Virus record (IMG/VR): IMGVR_UViG_3300032227_000842
Location: 1 to 26,861 of that record
Reading direction: 5' to 3' (one strand)
Origin: a virus
Lineage: Duplodnaviria; Caudoviricetes
DNA: 26,861 nt
Shown: in pieces, positions 17,221 to 26,021 of the stretch
Layout of the letters: the number at the start of each line of letters is the position of its first letter
Numbering within the stretch: the first letter of the stretch is position 1
Made by a program: the position numbers and the translations under genes
The notes under the pieces: generated by a model
Databases searched by the model: none
What the model saw: only the letters and a program-made list of their open reading frames with translations
What the model was told of the DNA's origin: nothing

Positions 17221-17859
17221 ATGGCAACAGCCTCACAATCGCTTTTTAATATGACCGTCGCTAGTGATAACGCTGGCGGCAATCAAGGTCTGTTAATGCC
17301 AAAGTTACAATTTAGATTCAGAGTAACATTTTTGAATTTTGGAGTTGATACAAATAATGGTTTACAATTAACAAAACAGGTTATTGATTGTTCAAGACCT
17401 AACGTTACATTTCCTGATATCGTTCTTCCTGTATATAACTCTACTCTTTATCTAGCAGGTAAATATTCATGGTCACCCATGACTGTTAACGTTAGAGATG
17501 ATGCTAGTGGCACTGTTTCTAAAGCAGTTGGTCAACAGTTACAGAAGCAACTGGATTTCGTTGAACAAGCAAGTGCTGCAACAGGGCAAGATTACAAGTT
17601 TCAAACTAATATTGAAATATTAGATGGTGGTAATGGTACAGTTGCTCCAGTGGTTCTTGAAACCTGGGAACTATATGGTTGTTTCTTACAAACAGCAAAC
17701 TATAATAACTTGAACTACGGTACAAGTGATGTTGTAACTATTGGTCTCACCATTAGATATGACAATGCAATTCAGTCTCCTCTTGCAGCTGGTGTTGGTG
17801 CACCAATTGGAAGAATATTGTCTGGAGCATCTACAACAGGTATAGGTCAATCTACTTAA
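17221..17859 (+). CDS. gp19: Tail tube protein (T4 gp19-like)
   Basis: Directly after the sheath gene; PKLQFRFRV, AGKYSWSPMTVNVRDD, WELYGCF and LTIRYDNA tube-fold motifs. Confidence 0.9.
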   Translation: MATASQSLFNMTVASDNAGGNQGLLMPKLQFRFRVTFLNFGVDTNNGLQLTKQVIDCSRPNVTFPDIVLPVYNSTLYLAGKYSWSPMTVNVRDDASGTVSKAVGQQLQKQLDFVEQASAATGQDYKFQTNIEILDGGNGTVAPVVLETWELYGCFLQTANYNNLNYGTSDVVTIGLTIRYDNAIQSPLAAGVGAPIGRILSGASTTGIGQST

Positions 17860-17868
17860 TAGCTCTAT

Positions 17869-19080
17869 ATGGCAGGATTTTTTCAAAATCTACTCAAAGA
17901 CGCTGCCGGAGCATTTTTCGGCAGCGAATACCTTAGAGATTACACTCACGCATCAAAAACATTTAGGCCTAATTTTTACCAATATAGTCCTAAATTTAAA
18001 TATCTATTTCATACCTTTTTTGATATAGACACTAGTGCGTATAATCAGACTCTTTCCACAGGGGCAAATTTTGGTTTAGCAGTTAAAACAGTAAAACTAC
18101 CAAGTTACACCTTTTCAACTTCTAATATGAATCAGTACAATCGCAAAAGAATTGTACAAACTAAAATTAATTATGATCCTGTTACTATTACATTTCATGA
18201 TGACAACGGGAATTTGATTAGAAATTTATGGAAAGCATATTATACATATTATTACAAAGATGGTATAAATGCAGGTGCGCTTTATAGAGGAGCAAGGGGC
18301 GGAAGTACGGCCGTTCAAGTAGGTGGAGGTGGCACTCGATCGGCTCCCACCAGTGCTAATTATTACGATAAAACAACTTATTCAAACTCTATAACTGGAA
18401 ATGCAGATTGGGGCTATATTGGGGAAACTAGTGTTCCTTCAAATCCTGATGCATCTAAATCTCCTTTTTTTAAAAATATTACTATATATGGTTTAAGCCG
18501 TCATGAAGGTGCTGCTTATACACTTATTAATCCTATAATTACTGCATTTAGCCATGATACATATGATTATGCTCAAGGTACCGGTACTATGGAAATGTCA
18601 ATGACCTTAGAATATGAAACTGTGGTTTATAATGAAATTAAAATGAGTGGAGCTGAACCTGATAAACTTATCCCTGGATTTGGTGTTGGTACAACATATG
18701 ATAGAACTCTAAGCCCAATTAGTAAACCTGGAGCCAATGCTACTGTATTAGGTCAAGGTGGTTTAGTAGATGCAGCAGGTGGATTCTTAACTGATCTTCA
18801 AAATGGAAATTTATTAGGTGCGGTGCAAAAAGCAGGTACATCATATAATACATTTAAAAATCTTGATTTGAAAAAGACTGCAAAACAAGAATTACTAGGT
18901 GGTCTTCAAAACTCATTAAATAATCAGGCAAACATTACTAGAAACTCTCAGTATGATATTCCTGTTAATGCAGCATCACCCGGTCCCTTAAATCTTGCCG
19001 GAACACCTACTACCGGAGCGACACAACAACCCGTTCAACTGGGTGGACCTGGTTATGCAGGTAAACAAGTTCCCAGATAA
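17869..19080 (+). CDS. Tube-fold baseplate/tail-tube initiator or cap protein (gp48/gp54-like)
   Basis: VKTVKLPSYTF...NQYNRKR...YDPVTITFHDD and YTLINPIIT...MTLEYETV parallel the tube protein motifs. Confidence 0.65.
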   Translation: MAGFFQNLLKDAAGAFFGSEYLRDYTHASKTFRPNFYQYSPKFKYLFHTFFDIDTSAYNQTLSTGANFGLAVKTVKLPSYTFSTSNMNQYNRKRIVQTKINYDPVTITFHDDNGNLIRNLWKAYYTYYYKDGINAGALYRGARGGSTAVQVGGGGTRSAPTSANYYDKTTYSNSITGNADWGYIGETSVPSNPDASKSPFFKNITIYGLSRHEGAAYTLINPIITAFSHDTYDYAQGTGTMEMSMTLEYETVVYNEIKMSGAEPDKLIPGFGVGTTYDRTLSPISKPGANATVLGQGGLVDAAGGFLTDLQNGNLLGAVQKAGTSYNTFKNLDLKKTAKQELLGGLQNSLNNQANITRNSQYDIPVNAASPGPLNLAGTPTTGATQQPVQLGGPGYAGKQVPR

Positions 19081-19088
19081 ACAAGTTC

Positions 19089-19096
19089 CATAAATA
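19089..19096 (+). promoter_or_regulatory. Possible late promoter CATAAATA
   Basis: Intergenic, but only 2 nt before ATG 19099. Confidence 0.45.
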
Positions 19097-19098
19097 AA

Positions 19099-19461
19099 AT
19101 GCCTAGAATATTAGACAATAGAACCCCATTAGATCAAACTGTAAGAATTTTTGATACTTTTTATTCTACCGATTTAGTTGTCGGTGCCGATCAGTATGAT
19201 ATTGTATATGGTTATTTTTCAGGGGTATGTGCTACTAAAAATATAGCTGCTAATTTTTCAGCGGTTCTTTTTAGAATTGCACAAGAAGCAGATATAAATG
19301 TATTAGATTTATTAACTACTGTTCAAGGTGCTGAAAATAAATTACAAATGAATAAAGTCATTTGTTACTATCTTAATAGTTTTAAATCTAAAACTTCTTT
19401 ATATGGTATAGGAGTTGTTCCTCGTCCTGTTCAACCTGTTGCTAGAAACATAGTACAATGA
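19099..19461 (+). CDS. Hypothetical protein (tail/baseplate cluster)
   Basis: 120-aa ORF filling the space between structural genes; no motif recognised. Confidence 0.7.
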   Translation: MPRILDNRTPLDQTVRIFDTFYSTDLVVGADQYDIVYGYFSGVCATKNIAANFSAVLFRIAQEADINVLDLLTTVQGAENKLQMNKVICYYLNSFKSKTSLYGIGVVPRPVQPVARNIVQ

Positions 19462-19462
19462 A

Positions 19463-19888
19463 ATGGGTAAATGGGCACAGGGGATATTTACCCCTAAAAA
19501 TCCAAAAAAATATGTAGGCAATCATTCCCCAAGATACCGCTCAGGGTGGGAGCTTACATTTATGACCTTTTGTGATTCCAATGACAACATAATTTATTGG
19601 GCTAGTGAAGCATTACGCATACCTTATAAGCATCCTTTAACAGGTAAACCTACTATATATGTGCCTGATTTTTTTGTAGTTTATAAAAACAAATACGGTA
19701 AACAAGTAGCAGAAGTAGTAGAGATAAAACCAAAAAAACAAAGTATTATTGAAAGTAAAGTGACTAATGTTAAAGATCGCATAGTAGTGGCTATAAATCA
19801 CGCTAAATGGGCAGCTTGTTCTGCGTATTGCAAGCGTCAAGGGTATACTTTTAGAGTAGTCACTGAGGATGATTTGTTCCGAAAATAA
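19463..19888 (+). CDS. gp4: Head completion nuclease (T4 gp4-like, TnsA-N/PD-(D/E)XK fold)
   Basis: PKNPKKYVG...YRSGWELTFMTFCD...WASE...IPY...YVPDF...EIKPKKQ...NHAKWAA...FRVVTE. Confidence 0.9.
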   Translation: MGKWAQGIFTPKNPKKYVGNHSPRYRSGWELTFMTFCDSNDNIIYWASEALRIPYKHPLTGKPTIYVPDFFVVYKNKYGKQVAEVVEIKPKKQSIIESKVTNVKDRIVVAINHAKWAACSAYCKRQGYTFRVVTEDDLFRK

Positions 19889-19908
19889 CATTTTGGGCAA
19901 CAACTATA

Positions 19909-19916
19909 ACTAAATA
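19909..19916 (+). promoter_or_regulatory. Late promoter ACTAAATA, 5 nt before ATG
   Basis: ACTAAATA-TTATT-ATG(19922); no SD. Confidence 0.6.
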
Positions 19917-19921
19917 TTATT

Positions 19922-20404
19922 ATGACAAAAAAATTACAGGAATTATTTGAATTACCTTTGGACGAGGTTAATGAACTCGCTAAACCTATTCCTGATTACG
20001 CCCAAGAAGTTACTACTGATGCTTTAACTAATTTAGAAAAAATTGAAAATGCACTACCTCAGGTTAGAGGTTTAGAAGTTGCTGATATTGAAATGGACGG
20101 CTTAGCCGATTTAGCTACATCTAGTTATAAAGATTTAATGGATCTTGGAATGCAGGTAGATAGTAGATTTAGCAGTGAAATATTTAATGTAGCTGGAACA
20201 ATGCTAGGTCATGCTATTACCGCTAAAACAGCTAAATTAAATAAAAAATTAAAAATGATAGAATTGCAACTTAAAAAAGCTGCTCTAGATCAAAAGCAAG
20301 CCGCAAGAAATGAAGAAGTTGAAGCAACTCCTCTAGGTGAAGGCCGAGCATTAGACAGAAATGAATTGCTTAAAATGTTCACCTCAAAATCAGAGGACAA
20401 ATGA
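19922..20404 (+). CDS. Helical protein, possible terminase small subunit (gp16-like)
   Basis: 160 aa; helix pair around DSRFSSEIFNVAGTML, then a Lys-rich coiled coil and a DRNELLK tail, loosely parallel to T4-like gp16 architecture. The ORF is solid; the function is tentative. Confidence 0.45.
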   Translation: MTKKLQELFELPLDEVNELAKPIPDYAQEVTTDALTNLEKIENALPQVRGLEVADIEMDGLADLATSSYKDLMDLGMQVDSRFSSEIFNVAGTMLGHAITAKTAKLNKKLKMIELQLKKAALDQKQAARNEEVEATPLGEGRALDRNELLKMFTSKSEDK

Positions 20405-20410
20405 TAAATA
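20403..20410 (+). promoter_or_regulatory. Late promoter GATAAATA
   Basis: Overlaps the upstream TGA; AGGA SD and ATG 20427 follow. Confidence 0.75.
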
Positions 20411-20426
20411 TTAGATACAGGAAATT

Positions 20427-21050
20427 ATGATGAAAAGTTTAAAGCGATATATAGCCGAATCAGTGAAAACTTACAATTACACTATCAAGATTGCCGGCGA
20501 AATAGATAAGAATTTCTTAGATATGTTTTCCTATAATCTAAACAAATTCGATCCTATTGAGATTGGCGATCCTGTTAAGACTCCTATACAAAAAGATCCA
20601 TATGGTTTTCCTAACTTAAGTAATGAACCTGTAACTATCATTAAAGCCAAGTTTAGATATCCAGCTAATGAACCAATGATTCAGCAAATTGCTCAACTAT
20701 TGGGTTATAATGTTAATATGGTTCGTGTTATTAGTACTAAGTTTGATGACAGTATTACTGATGAGTATGACAAATATGCTAATCAAATGGAAGAAAGCCC
20801 ATTACTTACCCATGAAGAAATGGCAGATAATGGCAAAGAAGCAAGCAAAGCATATGGCAATTCTTATTTAGATAGCATTAAAAAGCAAATGGAAGATGGT
20901 AATGAAGTGGACATTCCATATGCTGGTAAAAAAACTCCTCCAGCATTTGACCCATTTAAACCATATTTAGATGACAAGAAATTGGGTGATAAAAGCCCAA
21001 TGTCAAAAATTACAAGACCACCTAAGCCAAAAACTGGCGCAATGGTTTAA
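20427..21050 (+). CDS. Hypothetical late protein with T4-like capsid-targeting N-terminus
   Basis: 207 aa; (M)MKSLKRYIAE resembles T4 IPII/IPIII MKTYQEFIAE. Confidence 0.65.
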   Translation: MMKSLKRYIAESVKTYNYTIKIAGEIDKNFLDMFSYNLNKFDPIEIGDPVKTPIQKDPYGFPNLSNEPVTIIKAKFRYPANEPMIQQIAQLLGYNVNMVRVISTKFDDSITDEYDKYANQMEESPLLTHEEMADNGKEASKAYGNSYLDSIKKQMEDGNEVDIPYAGKKTPPAFDPFKPYLDDKKLGDKSPMSKITRPPKPKTGAMV

Positions 21051-21069
21051 ATATTAAGGACGTACTAAC

Positions 21070-24000
21070 ATGGACATGAAACACCTACTTTCAACAATTG
21101 ATCAACTTCAAAGTAAAGAAATACTTAATGAAGGTAAAGAAGCAAGTTATTCGCCATCATACCGTGTAGGTAATACAGGTGAATTTGGTGATAAACCGCA
21201 TATGAAAAGAGGTACACCAGTTGCTGGTAAGATAGGTAAATATGGAAAGACTTCAGATGAGTTAGGTGATCCTGATGTAGATCCTGATGCCGAGAAACGT
21301 AGTCGCGGTCGTCCTACGAAAGCAGGTAGTGAAGCAGATACTAAAGATAGATACTCTGGGGCAAAAGACCTTCAAGATATAATGATTGGTAAACAGCCTG
21401 AAACATTACCTGGTAAAAAAGGTATAGTACATAAATCTCCTCAAGATAAAGAAAAAGACGCTACTAAAAAGAAAGGCGCTACTAAAAAGAAAAGTTTAAA
21501 AGATTGGTTTGAAAGACTTGATGAAGTATTAAACGAAAATCTATCACCAACACAAACTTTAGTTCCAGGAATGCAAACTGGTTCACAAAAAGCACAACCA
21601 ACAATAATTGATGTTCAAGATAACCCTGCATTGAAAGCAGGATTAGATAAGGCTGCAAAAGACAAGCAGTTAACAGTGGTTGGAATTGCACAACCTGGTT
21701 CAGGCACACCTACAACAGGCATAACTTCAGGCACAGGCATGACTTCCGGCACATCTACAACAGGCATGTCTACTTCATCAACGGGTGCAAAGATTGCAGA
21801 AAAAATTGAACCACCAATCAAAACTAATCCTGCTGAAAAGGGTAAGTATAGTGGTAAAACAGTAGCGGAACTTAAAAAAGCATTGGCTAGCGTTAAGAAT
21901 CGCATGGCTTCTATGAAAGAACAAGGTAAAAAAGTTCCACATGATTTACGTGGTCATTTCAGTGAGTTAACTTTTGCTATTCGTGCTAAGCAAGAAGGTT
22001 CAGGTAAGTGGGGATCTATCAAAGAAGCGGATCCTCCTCCTGATGGCGGTACAATATCTCCCTTAACACTTGAAGGCAAAAAGCAACATTATGACAAAGG
22101 TTATTATGACAGCCTAGCCGCTAGTAAAAAACACGGAGCTAAGTCAATTGTACAATCTCGCAAAGATGCGGTAGATGAAGAAAAAACAGTTACCCGTGAC
22201 AATCGTGCTGAAAAAGCTGGTAAGAAAGTTACCAAAAATATTGAATATGATGAAAAGGTAAAAGATAATATCCATGGTAAAAAGCGTGAAGCCGAAGATC
22301 AAAAAGCTGAAAAAGCTGGACGTAAAGTAACTAAAGATATTGAGTATGATGAGAAGAAACTACCAACTATGGCTCATGTTAAAAAGATGTGCAAAGATGG
22401 TTTAACAGTCGCTCAAATCTTAAAAATGCATCCAAAGTGCGATGCAACGGCATTAAAGAAAATGATTAGTGATTGCAAGAAAAAAATGGTAAAAGAAGGC
22501 AGAGATCAGCATTTAAATGCAGCTTATCATGAAGGCAAATCTCATGGTCTAAGCAAGATGCCATATAGCTGCCGTCACGATGACATGGAAGAATCTCGTA
22601 TGTATCATGAAGGATACAAGTGTGGTCTTGATGAGTGCTATGGACAACAACCGATCGTGGGTTATGTTGGCGAAGAAACTGATAGCGACATTGTAGACAC
22701 AATGGCAAGTTATGGTGCTCATGGTATGGAAGAAGGTGTTCTTGGTACTTTAGGTGGCGGTGCACTTGGTACTATGTTGGGTGGACCAGTTGGCGGAGTT
22801 ATTGGCGCAGGATTAGGTCAAGCAGCTACCACCGGTGGATCTGACTTGATAGAAGGTTTAGATCCAATTAAAAGAGCAAGATTAGATCAATTGATTGATC
22901 AATTTCACGCAGCAACAGAACCAGGTGGCGCTTGGGATTTTGATGAAATGGATGATGAAGAGGTTATCGCTCAGATTAGACAAGAATTTGGTGATAAAAT
23001 TGCCGATCAAGTAGCATCAGGTAGTCATAAAATGCACTATGGACGTCAAGGCATGCAACGTCCTGATTTATTACGTGGAAAAAATCCTGCAAGAATTACC
23101 AAAGGTGGTAAGATGTTTAGACAGGATATGGATACAAGAAAGCGTGACATCAAACAAAGATTTGGTTTAGAAGAAGATGATTTGGATGAAGTAAGCCGCG
23201 GTGAGTATATGAAGCAAAAAGCAAAAACCACACCAGGGGATACATTCAAAGCATTTGGTCAAACTTTCCGTGACAGTGATGTTTTAGATGAGCTTGCTTT
23301 TGAATCACTAGACAAGCAATTAAATGCACTATTGAACGAAGGTGTTTCTGTATCTATATCACAGGGTCAGCAAGGTGCTCCAAACTCTGTAAACGTAAAT
23401 GCAACCGATGCTGAAGCGGATAAGCTACTAGCATTTGTTAAACAAGCTGGTTTAGGTATTTTCGGTGGCGATGCTGAAAGTTCTCATTCATCTATGTCTG
23501 CTGACAAGATTATGGACAACAGCAAAGAAGATCAAGCTGAAATCGCAGTTGTTGATGACCATGATGACATGCTAAGCTTAATTCGTAAAATGACTGGTCA
23601 AGGTCCTGCTAAGTCAAGTGATGATTATGAGGATGAAGAAAGTCATGAAGAGTGTAATGAATGTGGTGGAATGATGGAAGCCGGTCATTCATGTGGGTCA
23701 AAACAAATGGTTGATGAAGTTCAGTCAGAAGACCAAATGACTTATGAAGTAGCTGAAGATGCCGCTGAAGAAAATGCAGCAAACATTCAGGCCAATGCAG
23801 CAGCACAATCAGCCGCAGATACTTCAGAAGAAGCCGAAACTTCAGCCGATGAGCATACCGAAGCCGAAGAAGATATGGCTATTGGTGTATCACATGGTGG
23901 AAATGGTAAAACATATGGTGGCCAAAACGAAGAAGAGGAATTAGAAGAATCATATGCTAATGCGGCTGATGATGATTTTGAAGCCGACATTAACTTCATG

Positions 24001-24147
24001 ACTAAAGTTATTTCTGGTGGACTAAACAAACAAAAATCTACTGGTCAGACGACAATTCCTGTAATCTCTGGTCAAACTGACCGTATGGGATATTCTACTA
24101 CTAATGAATCACTCGGCGATTGGAAAAAATTAGCAGGTCTAAAGTAA
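21070..24147 (+). CDS. Large charged modular protein; putative internal head/core protein processed by the prohead protease
   Basis: 1025 aa, rich in K/E/D and low complexity; repeated hydrophobic-x-E sites; AT-hook-like RGRP; glycine zipper; CxxC...HxC; C-terminal WKKLAGLK; AAGGA SD. Confidence 0.6.
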   Translation: MDMKHLLSTIDQLQSKEILNEGKEASYSPSYRVGNTGEFGDKPHMKRGTPVAGKIGKYGKTSDELGDPDVDPDAEKRSRGRPTKAGSEADTKDRYSGAKDLQDIMIGKQPETLPGKKGIVHKSPQDKEKDATKKKGATKKKSLKDWFERLDEVLNENLSPTQTLVPGMQTGSQKAQPTIIDVQDNPALKAGLDKAAKDKQLTVVGIAQPGSGTPTTGITSGTGMTSGTSTTGMSTSSTGAKIAEKIEPPIKTNPAEKGKYSGKTVAELKKALASVKNRMASMKEQGKKVPHDLRGHFSELTFAIRAKQEGSGKWGSIKEADPPPDGGTISPLTLEGKKQHYDKGYYDSLAASKKHGAKSIVQSRKDAVDEEKTVTRDNRAEKAGKKVTKNIEYDEKVKDNIHGKKREAEDQKAEKAGRKVTKDIEYDEKKLPTMAHVKKMCKDGLTVAQILKMHPKCDATALKKMISDCKKKMVKEGRDQHLNAAYHEGKSHGLSKMPYSCRHDDMEESRMYHEGYKCGLDECYGQQPIVGYVGEETDSDIVDTMASYGAHGMEEGVLGTLGGGALGTMLGGPVGGVIGAGLGQAATTGGSDLIEGLDPIKRARLDQLIDQFHAATEPGGAWDFDEMDDEEVIAQIRQEFGDKIADQVASGSHKMHYGRQGMQRPDLLRGKNPARITKGGKMFRQDMDTRKRDIKQRFGLEEDDLDEVSRGEYMKQKAKTTPGDTFKAFGQTFRDSDVLDELAFESLDKQLNALLNEGVSVSISQGQQGAPNSVNVNATDAEADKLLAFVKQAGLGIFGGDAESSHSSMSADKIMDNSKEDQAEIAVVDDHDDMLSLIRKMTGQGPAKSSDDYEDEESHEECNECGGMMEAGHSCGSKQMVDEVQSEDQMTYEVAEDAAEENAANIQANAAAQSAADTSEEAETSADEHTEAEEDMAIGVSHGGNGKTYGGQNEEEELEESYANAADDDFEADINFMTKVISGGLNKQKSTGQTTIPVISGQTDRMGYSTTNESLGDWKKLAGLK

Positions 24148-24159
24148 TCTAGTGGTGTT

Positions 24160-24190
24160 AAAAATACCCAGCTAAGCTGGGTATTTTTTT
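24160..24190 (+). terminator. Rho-independent terminator
   Basis: AAAAATACCCAGC-TAA-GCTGGGTATTTTTTT just after the stop at 24147. Confidence 0.9.
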
Positions 24191-24203
24191 GGTTATACTA
24201 TTT

Positions 24204-24211
24204 GATAAATA
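24204..24211 (+). promoter_or_regulatory. Late promoter GATAAATA
   Basis: After the terminator; AAGGTG SD and ATG 24232 follow. Confidence 0.8.
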
Positions 24212-24231
24212 ATAGATAAGGTGAACTAAAG

Positions 24232-26007
24232 ATGGCGCAACGTAATATTGATTTCGGTGGATTTCCAAATGATACTAATTCAGATGCTATAAGAACGGCA
24301 TTTCAAAAGGTCCAATTAAATTTTACTGAACTTTTTAATGCAGGTGGAGTTTCTTCTATCAATAGAACAGCACAGCCAGGATTAACAGTTAGCCCCACAT
24401 CAGGCGCTGTTTTAATTACAGCAAATATTGCCTGTGTTCAAGTTCATACCAGTACACTAAGTATTGGTAGAAATGCAAATGGCAGCCAAGATACATCTAT
24501 CACTCAATCATCACAAGTTCTTTGGGTAGATTTACCTGCTAATATCGCAAACGTAGCTAATATTAATTTAAGTGGTTATGCTAATGTTGTTGGAAATGTA
24601 ACTGCTGGTAATTTAATAAGCACAAATTTAAACGTAAGTGCAACTAGTAATCTAGGTGGTGTAGGCAATGTAAAAATTACAGGCGGAACCAATGGTTACT
24701 TTTTACAAACAGACGGTACAGGCAATTTAACATGGAACTTAGGTACCAGTACACCTGGTACCGGTATCCCGGGTGGTGCAAATACTCAAATTCAATATAA
24801 CAAGGGAGATGGTAACTTCGCAGGAACTTCAGGCTTCACTTTTAATTCAGTTACTAGTAATGTAAATGCGCCTGGCAATATTGTTGCTGTAGCAAACGTA
24901 ATAGGTGGAAATTTAATAGCAGTCGGGGGAATATTCGCAATAGGTAATGCCAATGTAGGTAATCTTAGCACACCTGGATTAATTGTAGCTACAGGTAATG
25001 TTACTGGTGGTAATTTAATAACAACTGGGGTAGTATCCAGTCCTTCAATATTAAATGGTACAAGTAACATAAGACTTGCTTCTAGTGGCAATGTTAGTAT
25101 TTCAGTGGGTGGAACTAGTAATGTCGTAGTAGTTACCACAACTGGTGCTAATATTGCAGGTACTGCTAATATAATTAGCAACGCTAATGTAGGTAATTTA
25201 GGTACTGCAGGATTAATTGTAGCTACAGGGAACATCACTGGTGGAAATTTAATAACAGGTGGAACTTTATCTGCTACAGGTAATGCCAATGTAGGTAATT
25301 TAGGTACAAGCGGATTAATTATTGCTACAGGAAATATCACAGGCGCTAATATAACTACTACTGGCCGTGTAACAGCTACGGGTAACATTACAGGCGGTAA
25401 TTTAGTAACAACAGGTGTACTATCTGTAACAGGTAATGCTAATGTAGGTAATTTAGGTGTTACCGGATTAGTTCTTTCTACTGGCAATGTAACAGGCGGT
25501 AACTTAATAACAGCAGGAAGATTATCAGCTACTGGAAATGCTAACGTGGGTAATTTAGGTACAAGTGGTTTAATTGTTGCTACGGGCAATATAACTGGTG
25601 GTAATTTAGTTTCTACTGGTAATTTAAGTATTAGTGGCAATGCTTCAGCAGGTAATTTAACTACAGCCACTGTGGTAGCTACTACAGGTAATATTACTAG
25701 CAAGTTATTATTAAGTGGTAGTGAAAACTTAGCTAATGGCGCCGGCGCGAACTTAAGTTTAATAACTAGTTATTTTTCAACAACTGGCGTAAGCACTGCT
25801 ACGTTAGCCGCAGGAACTGCAGGACAAATTAAAACGTTTATGATGGTAGCCGACGGTGGCGATATGACTATTACAGTTACTAATGCTGGATGGAAAACTA
25901 GTGGCATAGGTACACTTACTTTTAATAGTATCGGCGATGGATGCACATTGCAATATGTCGCTAGCAAGTGGTTCTGTATAGGTAATAATGGCGTTGTGTT
26001 TGCTTAA
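24232..26007 (+). CDS. Fibre-like virion protein with gp9/gp10-like N-terminal anchor
   Basis: NIDFGGFPNDTNSDAIRTAFQKVQLNFTELF resembles the T4 gp9/gp10-type N-terminal motif; long GN-rich beta repeats follow. Confidence 0.7.
   Translation: MAQRNIDFGGFPNDTNSDAIRTAFQKVQLNFTELFNAGGVSSINRTAQPGLTVSPTSGAVLITANIACVQVHTSTLSIGRNANGSQDTSITQSSQVLWVDLPANIANVANINLSGYANVVGNVTAGNLISTNLNVSATSNLGGVGNVKITGGTNGYFLQTDGTGNLTWNLGTSTPGTGIPGGANTQIQYNKGDGNFAGTSGFTFNSVTSNVNAPGNIVAVANVIGGNLIAVGGIFAIGNANVGNLSTPGLIVATGNVTGGNLITTGVVSSPSILNGTSNIRLASSGNVSISVGGTSNVVVVTTTGANIAGTANIISNANVGNLGTAGLIVATGNITGGNLITGGTLSATGNANVGNLGTSGLIIATGNITGANITTTGRVTATGNITGGNLVTTGVLSVTGNANVGNLGVTGLVLSTGNVTGGNLITAGRLSATGNANVGNLGTSGLIVATGNITGGNLVSTGNLSISGNASAGNLTTATVVATTGNITSKLLLSGSENLANGAGANLSLITSYFSTTGVSTATLAAGTAGQIKTFMMVADGGDMTITVTNAGWKTSGIGTLTFNSIGDGCTLQYVASKWFCIGNNGVVFA
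24943..25690 (+). repeat. Degenerate 17/34-aa coding repeats (GNANVGNLGTxGLIVATGNITGGNLITxGxLSAT)
   Basis: GNANVGNL and TGNI/VTGGNL recur at about 51/102-nt spacing. Confidence 0.85.
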
Positions 26008-26021
26008 ATTGGAATAATATT

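Noticed and set aside
19463-19888. TnsA-like nuclease as a Tn7 transposon
   Set aside because: Size, motifs and context match T4 gp4 head completion protein; there are no other tns genes or transposon ends.
24792-25703. Long antisense ORFs (also 1529-1915, 2021-2296, 3254-3566, 26615-26842 and other short nested ORFs)
   Set aside because: They are shadows of repetitive or codon-biased sense genes, with no promoter, SD or recognisable motif.
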